64,000 nt of DNA. It comes from an uncultured Alphaproteobacteria bacterium. GTDB lineage: Bacteria > Pseudomonadota > Alphaproteobacteria > Rhizobiales > Hyphomicrobiaceae. Location: contig CAWEWG010000002.1 in assembly GCA_963812795.1 (NCBI GenBank), positions 5,340 through 69,339 of the forward strand, read 5' to 3'. Position numbers and translations under genes: made by a program. This document shows, one piece after another, positions 9,498-17,825 of this stretch; the stretch's first letter is position 1; the number at the start of each line of letters is the position of its first letter. The notes under the pieces are model-generated. The model made no database searches. It was not told where the DNA came from and saw nothing but the letters and a program-made list of their open reading frames with translations.

Positions 9498-9799
9498 ACG
9501 CCGAGAGCGGCGACAGCATCGTCATGAAAACAAGAAGTCCGAACCACCGCGTCACGGGGCGCCGCGCCAAGCCGGTGAGACATTCGTGACTGAGGAGCCG
9601 TCGCGGAATTCCCGCTACCCGTTCCTCGAATCGTTTGGTTGGCCACATGCAGATCATCTTGCCGCTGAATGTGCGCTCGTATGGGCAAGATTGTTGCCGT
9701 TTCGGGGCGATACCCCATACAACCGGCGCCGCGGCGCGCGCACCCACCTTCGCGTGGTGCGGTTCAACAGCCTGTCGGGTGTTCCGCCTGTGCTCTCAG

Positions 9800-10537
9800 C
9801 TATGCCGCCGAGTGGTGCCGCGGGTCGGCGTCGGCGCCCAAAAAATGCTCCCGACCGACGAAGTTCATGACCGCCTCGTGCAGGTTCAGCGGACTGTCGA
9901 CGATATTGCCGTAGGTCAGGGCGCTGATGGGAGAATGGCTGTACCCGTAGTCGGCGAGAACCAGGGGGATGCGCGCGGCGATGGCGGCGCCATAGTCGGC
10001 CCCCGTGTCGCCGACCAGAATGGCGCGCTCGATGCGGCCGCCCGCCCGCGCCACCGCTTCCAGAATGGGGCGGGGATCGGGTTTCATCGGCCGGTCGTCG
10101 CCGGAGCCGACCACCGCGTCGAAGAAGTCGCGCAGCTCGAGGCGCTCGAGGATGTCGACGGCGATCCGCTCGATCTTGTTGGTGCACACGGCCGTGCGCA
10201 CGCCGCGCTCGCGCAGCTCTTTCAGGAGGGTGCGAATGCCGGGGTACACATGCGACAGGCGGGTGGGCGACTGAGCGTACGCCTCGATGAAGCGCTTGCG
10301 CGTCGCGTCGGCCTCGGTGGCCGGAAGGTTGATCCGCTTGGCTATGAGGGCTTTCCAGAAGAATTCGCTCAACCCATCGCCCATCATGGCGGCGGCGTCG
10401 CCGATGCTCGTTGGACCGTGGTGGTACGGGGCGAGCGCTACGTCGAGTGCCGCGGCAATGTCCGGCACCGTATGCACGAGCGTGCCGTCGAGATCGAAGA
10501 TAACGGTCGGCGTAATGGGAGCGTCGGGTAGTCGCAT
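9800..10537 (-). CDS. HAD-superfamily hydrolase, phosphoglycolate-phosphatase-like
   Basis: HAD motif I (VIFDLDGTLV), motif II (VCTNK) and motif IV (VGDTGADYGAA). Confidence 0.75.
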   Translation of the reverse strand: MRLPDAPITPTVIFDLDGTLVHTVPDIAAALDVALAPYHHGPTSIGDAAAMMGDGLSEFFWKALIAKRINLPATEADATRKRFIEAYAQSPTRLSHVYPGIRTLLKELRERGVRTAVCTNKIERIAVDILERLELRDFFDAVVGSGDDRPMKPDPRPILEAVARAGGRIERAILVGDTGADYGAAIAARIPLVLADYGYSHSPISALTYGNIVDSPLNLHEAVMNFVGREHFLGADADPRHHSAA

Positions 10538-10775
10538 TACTCACTCCTGGCGAAGTTCGGTTGGCGCGGCGCGGTTGCGGCCAGCACGGGCACGCAAGAT
10601 CTCGCGGGTGACGCTACGACGAATGCTACCGCAATAGCGTTCGTTCCACGACGGGGTACTCTCAGTAGCCACAATGACAAGTAAATGGAATTGTGGTCGC
10701 GATGTCGACCGTGAGAAACGGTCGCGCGATTTGCTCAACTTGTGCTCATGCGCGCTAGCGAAAGCCGCGAGCACG

Positions 10776-11216
10776 TTAGTTCGTCGAGCTGGTTGCTCCG
10801 CGACGGGTCGCTGCGCCGCGTTTGTGCTTGGCCTTGATGTGCGGCGGCGCCGCGCGCTGCATGTGGGCGCTGCCCCAGGCCGCCAGGGGTCTCAGCACTT
10901 GTTCCAGCGTTGCCGCATATTCGGTGAGAGCGTATTCGACGCGCGGCGGCACCTCGGCGTAGACGGTGCGACTGACGATCCCGTCGGCCTCCAGCTCGCG
11001 CAGTTGCGTCGTCAGCATGTGCTGCGTGATGCCGGGAATGGCGCGCTTGAGCTCGTTGAAGCGGCGGATGCGCGGCCACAGATGCCAGAGGATCAGCAGT
11101 TTCCACTTGCCGCCCAAGAGGCGCAGGGTGACCGCCATGGCTTCGGCGAGTTGGGGCGAGGTCTCACTGCATTCGCCATGATCGGCCCGCGGATGCCCAT
11201 TGGTATGCTTTTTCAT
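10776..11216 (-). CDS. HxlR-family transcriptional regulator
   Basis: The typical HxlR winged-helix core is present: LLGGKWKLLILWHL...RFNELKRAIPGITQHMLTTQLRELEADGIVSRTVYAEVPPRVEYALT. It is divergent from an oxidoreductase gene, the usual arrangement. Confidence 0.85.
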   Translation of the reverse strand: MKKHTNGHPRADHGECSETSPQLAEAMAVTLRLLGGKWKLLILWHLWPRIRRFNELKRAIPGITQHMLTTQLRELEADGIVSRTVYAEVPPRVEYALTEYAATLEQVLRPLAAWGSAHMQRAAPPHIKAKHKRGAATRRGATSSTN

Positions 11217-11300
11217 ACTAAGCCAGTTTCGAATGCCTACTTTTGTTTTTCATTCTAGAGCAATACGTCTCGTCCGCAATGAGTGGCAGGAGGTGGCGGC

Positions 11301-12473
11301 ATGAGCGCAAAGCAGCGGATCGTTGTGGTTGGCGGCGGGGCGGCGGGACACAAGATCGCCTATGCGATGCAGGACGCCGCCGATGTCATCCTCGTCGACC
11401 CGAAGGACTATCTCGAAGTCCCGATGGCGGTGCCGCGGCTGATGGTGGCCCCCGGCTCGTTGCCCGCGCTCATTCCCTACCGGGAATTCCTGCCCAAGGC
11501 CGAGCTCGTTCAAGGATGGCTGAAGGAGGTCCGCGCGAACTCGATCGTCGTCGCGACCGGCGCACAGCCTGCGACGAGGGAGATACCGTACGACTACCTC
11601 GTCCTCGCCACCGGCTCCAACTATGAGGGCGATCTTGTCAAACCGGTGAGCGGAAATATCGGCCAGCGGCTGCAGCACTTCCGCTCGGTGCGCAAACATC
11701 TGGAGGGGGCCGGCCGCGTTCTCATCGTCGGTGGCGGCGCAGTCGGCATCGAGCTGGCCGGCGAGATCACCGAGACGTTTCCAGGGAAGCGCGTGACTGT
11801 CGTCGAGGCGGGACCGCGCATTCTGCCGTTGACCTCCGAGAAGCCGCGCCGGTGGGCTGCCGAGTTTCTCGGCGGCCGCGGCGTCGAAATCATCACCGGC
11901 GAGCGCATTGTCGAGCCCGCATCGACCCCGTCAGGAAATCTCGATGCGCGCGGGGGACAGGCCGTGACCGACAAAGGCAGCCGCATCGACTATGACGTCG
12001 GCCTGTGGTGCGTCGGGTTGAAGCCGGACGCCTCGTACCTCAAGGCGCACTTTCCCGCAGCGGTCGATGAGCGTGGCTTGATCAAGGTCTCCACGGACAT
12101 GCGGATGACCGGACAGCCGCGCATGTTCGCGGTGGGCGACATCACCGACCTGCCCGACAAGGGCGCTTTGTGGGTGAAATACCATGCCCAGGCTGCGATC
12201 AAGAATCTGCAACGGCTGATCGTCGCGCCGGAGACGGCAAAGCTGGTGCACTACAAGCGTCCCATGCCGCGCACGACGATGCTCGTGACACTGGGGCGCC
12301 GCAATGGCGTGATGGACCTGCCGTTCGGCAAGTTCCGCACGGGCTGGCTGGCACGCAAGCTCAAGGCGGATCACATGCTCGTCCCCGGATATCGCAAGGG
12401 GATTGGCCTGGCGCCGCGACCGAAGTCCGGCGATGGCGCCGCACCGACCGAGACAAGTCGGCAAAACATCTAG
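11301..12473 (+). CDS. FAD/NAD(P)-dependent pyridine-nucleotide-disulfide oxidoreductase (NDH-2/AIF-like)
   Basis: ATG at 11301 is preceded by AGGAGG. Two Rossmann motifs are present: IVVVGGGAAG and VLIVGGGAVGIELAGE. GD motif: FAVGDITD. Confidence 0.8.
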   Translation: MSAKQRIVVVGGGAAGHKIAYAMQDAADVILVDPKDYLEVPMAVPRLMVAPGSLPALIPYREFLPKAELVQGWLKEVRANSIVVATGAQPATREIPYDYLVLATGSNYEGDLVKPVSGNIGQRLQHFRSVRKHLEGAGRVLIVGGGAVGIELAGEITETFPGKRVTVVEAGPRILPLTSEKPRRWAAEFLGGRGVEIITGERIVEPASTPSGNLDARGGQAVTDKGSRIDYDVGLWCVGLKPDASYLKAHFPAAVDERGLIKVSTDMRMTGQPRMFAVGDITDLPDKGALWVKYHAQAAIKNLQRLIVAPETAKLVHYKRPMPRTTMLVTLGRRNGVMDLPFGKFRTGWLARKLKADHMLVPGYRKGIGLAPRPKSGDGAAPTETSRQNI

Positions 12474-12483
12474 AGAGCGACCG

Positions 12484-13602
12484 ATGCCGTATCGCGCGCT
12501 TATCGGCACTTTGCTCGCGCTCTCCATGGCAGGCGCGGCGCTGGCGCAGGCGCCGGACGCCGACAGTCAAGGCGCGCGTTCGGGGCAATGGCCGTCAGCC
12601 GACAGCCGACACGGATGTTGGAGCTCTCCGCCTTCTCGCACAGTCGAAGAAGCGCTGAAGGTCGCCGCCAATCCGACGGTCTCGGAACGGTGGCGGCGGG
12701 CAGCCCACGTCGGTGCGGAGCGCGACGTGCTGCTCCTGTCCGGCGGCGCGCTGAAGGCGGCCTATGCGGCGGGCCTCATCGTGGGGTGGGGCGAAACCGG
12801 CAACCGACCGCGGTTTACCGCCGTCACCGCCGTCGGCATGAGCGCCCTGCTGGCGCCCTTTGCATTCATCGGGCCGGCCGGCGATCGGATCATCGCCGAC
12901 ATCTTCAACTGCCCCGCGGACAACCTGCGTGGAATGGCCGAGCGTGCCGTGTCGTATCTCGATGACGGAGTGCTCGAAGCCATCGCGCGCGAGCACGCCG
13001 CCGGACGGCAACTGCTTGTCGCCCTCACCGGATCGCCCGCTCGCGCCGAAGCCGTCTGGGATATCGGCCGCGTTGCGGCCAGCCGTCACCCGAAATCCGG
13101 CGCCCTGATAAGGCAGGTTCTCCTTGCTGCCGTCGATGAGCACGTTTTTGTCGACCCACGGGATGCTCCGATCAGGGCGGGCGAAGTCGTGCCGCGCAAT
13201 TTCACTTTTCGCACCCTGGGCGCTGGAGCGCAGTTCCTGTTTCCGTCCGAGGTCGCGCAGATCTCGGGCAGCGATGCGCGCTACTTTGTGATCCACAACG
13301 CCGGCGTCTTCCCCGATGAGAGCGCCGACTACATACAGGCGCGCACAAGCCGGGATGATCTCCACGCGGACGCGCAGGTGATCGTGCCGGCCTACGACAT
13401 TGTGCGGCATGCGCTTGCCTTAAATGCGCGCCTGCGGTTCGCCTCGATCAAGCTGGGATTGGGCCTGACGCCGCAGGCTCCGTTCGACATGGCCTACGTC
13501 AGGGCTCTGTTCATGCACGCCTACCGCCAAGGCCGCATGGGCAAGGAATGGACGTCGACGTTCCCCGGGCTGCCCAATGTCGTGGCCAAGTCCCGATCTT
13601 GA
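12484..13602 (+). CDS. Exported patatin-like phospholipase-fold protein with degenerate catalytic motifs
   Basis: The ATG at 12484 gives the signal peptide MPYRALIGTLLALSMAGAALAQA. LLLSGGALKAAYAAG sits in the position of the GGGxxG oxyanion motif. VGMSALLAP sits in the position of GxSxG. The assignment is tentative. Confidence 0.45.
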   Translation: MPYRALIGTLLALSMAGAALAQAPDADSQGARSGQWPSADSRHGCWSSPPSRTVEEALKVAANPTVSERWRRAAHVGAERDVLLLSGGALKAAYAAGLIVGWGETGNRPRFTAVTAVGMSALLAPFAFIGPAGDRIIADIFNCPADNLRGMAERAVSYLDDGVLEAIAREHAAGRQLLVALTGSPARAEAVWDIGRVAASRHPKSGALIRQVLLAAVDEHVFVDPRDAPIRAGEVVPRNFTFRTLGAGAQFLFPSEVAQISGSDARYFVIHNAGVFPDESADYIQARTSRDDLHADAQVIVPAYDIVRHALALNARLRFASIKLGLGLTPQAPFDMAYVRALFMHAYRQGRMGKEWTSTFPGLPNVVAKSRS

Positions 13603-13642
13603 CGTAGTGGGTTCGGCCACCTGCGAGCACCACTACATGCAA

Positions 13643-13673
13643 AACGGCGCCCGTGGTGGTGACGGGCGCCGTT
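13643..13673. terminator. Bidirectional stem-loop terminator between convergent genes
   Basis: Perfect 12-bp stem AACGGCGCCCGT / ACGGGCGCCGTT with a 7-nt loop. On the minus strand it is followed by TTTTG. Confidence 0.75.
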
Positions 13674-13696
13674 ACATTCGTGGCGTCGGGGCGAGC

Positions 13697-13981
13697 CTAC
13701 TTCGTGACGCCGCCCTTCACATCGACGGCGACGTTGCGCTGCTGGCCGTCCTTGGTGGCTGTGCCGTGCCATACGCCGTTCTCGTCCTTGGTCAGCCCGG
13801 ACACGTCGGCGTAGCCGAGACGCAGAAGATGCGTACGGGCCTGCTTCTCGGTGAAGAGATTGCCTTTTGCCGCCGTGCCGGTCTCAGCCGCCGCGCCAGC
13901 GTTCGTTGCCGGCGTCTCAGCCAGCGCGGGAAGGGCGAGGCATGCTGCGAGGGCAGCCGTGATGGCGATCGTACGGGTCAT
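13697..13981 (-). CDS. Small exported protein (PepSY-like)
   Basis: The ATG at 13981 is preceded by AAGGAG. Signal peptide MTRTIAITAALAACLALPALA/ET. The C-terminal part (HLLRLGYADVSGLTKDENGVWHGTATKDGQQRNVAVDVKG) resembles PepSY-type modules. Confidence 0.6.
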   Translation of the reverse strand: MTRTIAITAALAACLALPALAETPATNAGAAAETGTAAKGNLFTEKQARTHLLRLGYADVSGLTKDENGVWHGTATKDGQQRNVAVDVKGGVTK

Positions 13982-14063
13982 GTTCTTTTTTCTCCTTGGG
14001 GACGTAGCTGGGGGTGTAGGTAGCGCGCGCGAATGCCGATCGGCGGACGCGCAAATATCATAA

Positions 14064-14088
14064 GCGGGCGGCGGCGACCGCCGCCCGC
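14064..14088 (-). terminator. Stem-loop immediately downstream of pqqA
   Basis: Perfect 11-bp GC-rich stem GCGGGCGGCGG / CCGCCGCCCGC with a 3-nt loop, 20 nt after the pqqA stop. The minus-strand 3' flank is A/T-rich (TTATGATATTTG). Confidence 0.6.
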
Positions 14089-14107
14089 GTGACGATGTCA
14101 AAAGCAG

Positions 14108-14197
14108 TTAGATGATGTCGATCTCGGCCGGCATATAGCTCGTGACCTCGAGGCCGACTTCCTGCTCGCGAACCTGTGGTTTGCTCCAAGTGCGCAT
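14108..14197 (-). CDS. pqqA: Coenzyme PQQ precursor peptide PqqA (29 aa), not in the ORF track
   Basis: The minus-strand translation is MRTWSKPQVREQEVGLEVTSYMPAEIDII. It matches the PqqA signature including the cross-linked Glu-x-x-x-Tyr (EVTSY), and closely parallels Methylobacterium PqqA (...VGMEVTSYESAEID...). GGAGGAA RBS 5-6 nt upstream. Confidence 0.9.
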   Translation of the reverse strand: MRTWSKPQVREQEVGLEVTSYMPAEIDII

Positions 14198-14267
14198 GGT
14201 GTTCCTCCATTTGAGATGGCTCGGCGACGATGCGCCGAACCCTGCCGGAGATGTGGTGATGCGCGCG

Positions 14268-14292
14268 AACACGAACCAATCACGTTCGTGTT
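14268..14292. promoter_or_regulatory. Inverted repeat upstream of pqqA
   Basis: 9-bp arms AACACGAAC / GTTCGTGTT with a 7-nt spacer, about 70-95 nt upstream of the pqqA ATG. It could be an operator or the terminator of the upstream small ORF. Confidence 0.3.
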
Positions 14293-14337
14293 GAAATCCG
14301 CGACCCGTTCACGGACACGTGTGCCGCGCCTCGGAAC

Positions 14338-14544
14338 TCAGGATGACTGGCGATGCGCCACTGGCAGGATTAGGGGCGTCGGGGCCGCGGCGTTCGTTGT
14401 CTCGGGGCGCGCATAAGTATCGGCCGCCGCCCGCTCGGCGTGCCACAGACGCATGAGCGTCAACTGGATGTTGGAGGGCAGGTCGGCCCAGACTTTCCTA
14501 AAGCCGACCGGCGCATCTGAAACGTCCGCGGAGGTCATTTCCAT
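14338..14544 (-). CDS. Hypothetical 68-aa protein
   Basis: Third-position GC is clearly elevated in this frame. No obvious RBS and no recognisable domain. It may be a gene remnant. Confidence 0.35.
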   Translation of the reverse strand: MEMTSADVSDAPVGFRKVWADLPSNIQLTLMRLWHAERAAADTYARPETTNAAAPTPLILPVAHRQSS

Positions 14545-14620
14545 GCCGCGCGAACGCCGAACGCAGGCAATCGTTCCCCGCGGTCGTCTGAGAAGATTGG
14601 TTAAGCGAACGGCAGAGAGA

Positions 14621-14908
14621 TCAGCCCGCCATCTTCGTCTTCAGGTAGCCGATCACGAGGGCAGTAAGACCGCCCGAGATACCGCCCGTCGCAAAGGCAG
14701 AAATGATCGTGCCGATGTCGAGCCCGGACGCCGCGGCAGTGCCGCCAAGGCCCAGCACGGCATTGAGGATCTGGCCGCCGACGCCGCCGCCGAGTGCTCC
14801 GGCGATGGTGTTGCCCAGAGTGCCGAGGCCCGTGTCTTTTGCGGAGTTGGCGGCGTTGCCGCCGACCGCGCCGCTGATGAGCTGGATAATCAGTGAGGTG
14901 ATGTCCAT
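14621..14908 (-). CDS. Glycine-zipper-rich small membrane protein
   Basis: 95 aa dominated by GxxxG-type repeats ([35 protein letters not shown]). Confidence 0.6.
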   Translation of the reverse strand: MDITSLIIQLISGAVGGNAANSAKDTGLGTLGNTIAGALGGGVGGQILNAVLGLGGTAAASGLDIGTIISAFATGGISGGLTALVIGYLKTKMAG

Positions 14909-15185
14909 CGGATTACCTTCCCGGCCGCTGTCGCTGTTCGACCGCTGAAATCTATCACGGCAGCCGCCCGATGGCGCGGCTGTTGCGCACCGGATGCCAA
15001 CCGTATGGTGGAAATCATTGGTCGCGACTTAAGGCACGGGCGCCAAATAAAGCATTCCGCATTTGCTAGAATTGAACGGCATCGGGCCCTGGTACCGCGT
15101 GCTTGAAGGCGGCACGGGAGCGAAGGGGAACGCATCGCTTCGCCCGCGCTTGCCGCCGTCTCGGCTGCCCGCTAGGACTTGTCCG

Positions 15186-15863
15186 ATGAACGGGACGGGG
15201 AACAGACACTTAGCTCTGGGGGCGCTGCTCGCAATTGGCGTTGTGGCCGGTGTGAGCGGCGGCGCCCTGGGGCAGGCTTCGCCGCCGGCGGCACCCGGTC
15301 ACTCGTGGGATCCGGTCGCGCCGGCTGCCCCTGCAACTCCAGCCGCACCGGCGACGCCCGCTGCCGCCGCCAGGCGTGATCAGCCGTTGCCGAAGGAGCC
15401 GGGCGCGGCGCCACCTCCATCGCCGCCGGCGGTCGCTCCGTTCGCGCCGCCTGATCTCGTCGCTCCGGCCAAGCCGGCGACAGGCGGGCCGGTGTGCGCC
15501 AAGGCGGATTTCGAGGCGGTGGTCGACGACGCGGCGGGAGCGTTGCGCGATCTCAACCTGCAGAACAAGCCAGCCTTCCAGGAGAAGCTGCGCCAGTTGA
15601 AGGACAAGCGCGGCTGGAGCCACGACGCCTTCCTGAAGGAGGCGGCGCCCTTCGTGCGGGACGACAAGATCGCCGTCTACGACCAGGAATCGGAGCGGCT
15701 GCTGACCGACATCTCGACGCTGGGGCAGGAGGGCGCCGACGCGCCGACGCCCGATTGCGCGCTGCTCGCCGACTTGAAGACGCGCATGAAGACGCTGGTC
15801 GATACGCAGACGGCGAAGTGGACCTACATGTTCTCCAAGCTCGACGCCGCCCTGGCGCAGTAA
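15186..15863 (+). CDS. Exported Pro/Ala-rich hypothetical protein
   Basis: The ATG at 15186 gives the signal peptide MNGTGNRHLALGALLAIGVVAGVSGGALGQA. It is followed by a PAAPAT-type low-complexity linker and a structured C-terminal half with two Cys. Confidence 0.6.
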   Translation: MNGTGNRHLALGALLAIGVVAGVSGGALGQASPPAAPGHSWDPVAPAAPATPAAPATPAAAARRDQPLPKEPGAAPPPSPPAVAPFAPPDLVAPAKPATGGPVCAKADFEAVVDDAAGALRDLNLQNKPAFQEKLRQLKDKRGWSHDAFLKEAAPFVRDDKIAVYDQESERLLTDISTLGQEGADAPTPDCALLADLKTRMKTLVDTQTAKWTYMFSKLDAALAQ

Positions 15864-15900
15864 GCGCGTCCCAACCCGACGATAGTTGGTTGTGGCGGGA

Positions 15901-16644
15901 CTACTTCCTTACCCAGCCGTTGGGGCCGAGCTGCTCCTGCGGCTGGAAGCGCATCTTGTAGTTCATCTTGCGCGAGCCGTTGATCCAATAGCCGAGATAG
16001 AGATACGGCAGCCCGAGCTTGCGCGCGTATTCGACGTGCTCGAGGATCATGAAGGTGCCGAGCGACATCTGATCGGCGGTCGGGTCGTAGAAGCTGTAGA
16101 CCATCGAGATGCCGTCGGAGAGCAGGTCGCACAGCGCCACGGCTTTCAGCGGCCAGTTGTCCGGATTGGAATCGAGCGCGTTCTCCGGCTTCTCGCGGTA
16201 CTCGGTGACGAAGGTGTTGATGACGCTGTCCTCGACCATCATGGCGTAGTCGAGCACGGTCATGTCGGCCATGCCGCCGTCGGAATGGCGCGCATCGATG
16301 TAGCGGCGGAAGAGGGCAAACTGCTCCGACGTCGGCTCAGGCGGCACGCGACGCGCTTCCAGGCACTTCGCCTGATCCAGGGCGCGGCGCATGCTCTTGC
16401 CGATGGCGAATTCGTCGATGATGACGCGCACCGATACGCACGCCTGGCAGCCCTCGCAGTAGGGCATGTAGGCGATGTTCTGGCTGCGACGGAAACCGCC
16501 GCGCAGCAGATTGTCGATGAGGCCCGAAGGCTTCTCGTGCGTCAGGTGGGTGAAGAGTTTGCGCTCCTGACGGCCGGGCAGATAGGGGCATGGCTGGGGA
16601 GCGGTGACGTAGAACTCCGGAAAGTGCTTTTGCTGCTCCGTCAT
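15901..16644 (-). CDS. bpt: Arginyl/leucyl-tRNA--protein transferase (Bpt/ATE family, N-degron pathway)
   Basis: Characteristic N-terminus (FYVTAPQPCPYLPGRQERKLF...GFRRSQNIAYMPYCEGCQACVSVRV). Characteristic C-terminus (MVYSFYDP...SLGTFMILEHVEYARKLGLPYLYLGYWI). The ATG at 16644 (MTEQQ) is preferred. Confidence 0.85.
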   Translation of the reverse strand: MTEQQKHFPEFYVTAPQPCPYLPGRQERKLFTHLTHEKPSGLIDNLLRGGFRRSQNIAYMPYCEGCQACVSVRVIIDEFAIGKSMRRALDQAKCLEARRVPPEPTSEQFALFRRYIDARHSDGGMADMTVLDYAMMVEDSVINTFVTEYREKPENALDSNPDNWPLKAVALCDLLSDGISMVYSFYDPTADQMSLGTFMILEHVEYARKLGLPYLYLGYWINGSRKMNYKMRFQPQEQLGPNGWVRK

Positions 16645-16820
16645 TCGCCGAAGTCCCTCGTGCTGGCTGTGGGGCGCGAAGACGCCGTCCGACCGCATGC
16701 CGCTGCTAGATGATATGTGAGGCGACAGGGCGCGATCAAGACGCCATTTGCAGTTCTAAACCCTGTCACTTCAAAGCCCTAACGATCTGTATTGCGGCCT
16801 AAATAAGGGGCTTCGGCAAC

Positions 16821-17726
16821 TCAGCCTACACCTTTGGTTTCCGTCTTTCCGTACGAGGCGTTCTGCTCGAGGAAATCGATGATGCGGCTGGCGATGTCGA
16901 TGCCGCTGGCCCCCTCGATGCCTTCCAGGCCGGGGGAGGAATTGACCTCCATGATCAACGGACCGTGGCTCGAGCGCACCATGTCGACGCCGCTGACGTT
17001 GAGGCCGAGAGCCGTGGCGGCGCGCGAGGCGATCTGCCGCTCCTCGTTGGTGAGCTCGACTTTCACCGCGGTGCCGCCGCGATGCAGGTTGGCGCGGAAC
17101 TCGCCCGGGCGGCCGATGCGCTTGGTCGCGGCCACGACCTCGCCGCCGACGACGAGGGCGCGGATGTCCGATCCGTTCGCCTCGCGGATGAACTCCTGCA
17201 CCATGATGTTGACGTTGGCGGCGCTGAACGCTTCGATGATCGACTTTGCCGACCCTTCCGTCTCGGCGAGGATCACGCCCATGCCCTGCGTACCCTCGAG
17301 CAGCTTGATGACGACGGGCACGCCGCCGACCTCCTTGATGACGTCCTCGGCCTTGCGCGGCCCGTGCGCGAAAGCGGTGACGGGCAGGCCGATGCCCTCG
17401 CGGGCGAGGAGCTGCAGCGCCCGCAGCTTGTCGCGCGAGCGGCCGATGGCGACGCTCTCGTTCAGCGGGTAGACGCCCTGCATCTCGAACTGGCGCAGCA
17501 CGGCAAGCCCGTAGTGCGTGATGGAGGCGCCGATGCGCGGGATGACGGCGTCGTAGATCGGCAGGCGGCGCCCGTTGTAGCGCAGCACCGGCTGGTTGGA
17601 CGTGATGTTCATGTGGACGTGGAGCGTGTTCACCACGTCGATGGTATGGCCGCGCGCGCGCGCCGCCTCGCACAGGCGCACGTGCGAGTACAGTTGCGGA
17701 TTGCGGGCGAGCATCACGAAGCGCAT
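16821..17726 (-). CDS. rimK: Ribosomal protein S6--L-glutamate ligase (ATP-grasp)
   Basis: Full-length RimK pattern: [14 protein letters not shown]..., ATP-grasp motifs [35 protein letters not shown] and [27 protein letters not shown]. Confidence 0.9.
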   Translation of the reverse strand: MRFVMLARNPQLYSHVRLCEAARARGHTIDVVNTLHVHMNITSNQPVLRYNGRRLPIYDAVIPRIGASITHYGLAVLRQFEMQGVYPLNESVAIGRSRDKLRALQLLAREGIGLPVTAFAHGPRKAEDVIKEVGGVPVVIKLLEGTQGMGVILAETEGSAKSIIEAFSAANVNIMVQEFIREANGSDIRALVVGGEVVAATKRIGRPGEFRANLHRGGTAVKVELTNEERQIASRAATALGLNVSGVDMVRSSHGPLIMEVNSSPGLEGIEGASGIDIASRIIDFLEQNASYGKTETKGVG

Positions 17727-17735
17727 CGCGCACCC

Positions 17736-17812
17736 CTAGTGTCCCGATTCCGAAGTTCGCCAGTGCTCGCTGCCGGGGTAGGAGCGAACTTCGGAATCAT
17801 AAGGGACACTAG
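17736..17812. repeat. Hairpin element copy 1 (77 nt), abutting the rimK RBS
   Basis: Left arm CTAGTGTCCC+GATTCCGAAGTTCGC. Right arm GCGAACTTCGGAATC+(ATAA bulge)+GGGACACTAG. This gives 25 paired bp and a 23-nt loop. The element ends 9 nt from the rimK ATG. Confidence 0.8.
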
Positions 17813-17825
17813 TCTCATAGGCTTG

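Noticed and set aside
15290-15480. Short tandem-looking repeats (CCGGC.GC.CC units)
   Set aside because: They are coding low-complexity sequence (PAAPATPAAPATPAAA linker) inside the exported protein gene, not a CRISPR or non-coding repeat array. No spacer/repeat periodicity was seen anywhere in the window.
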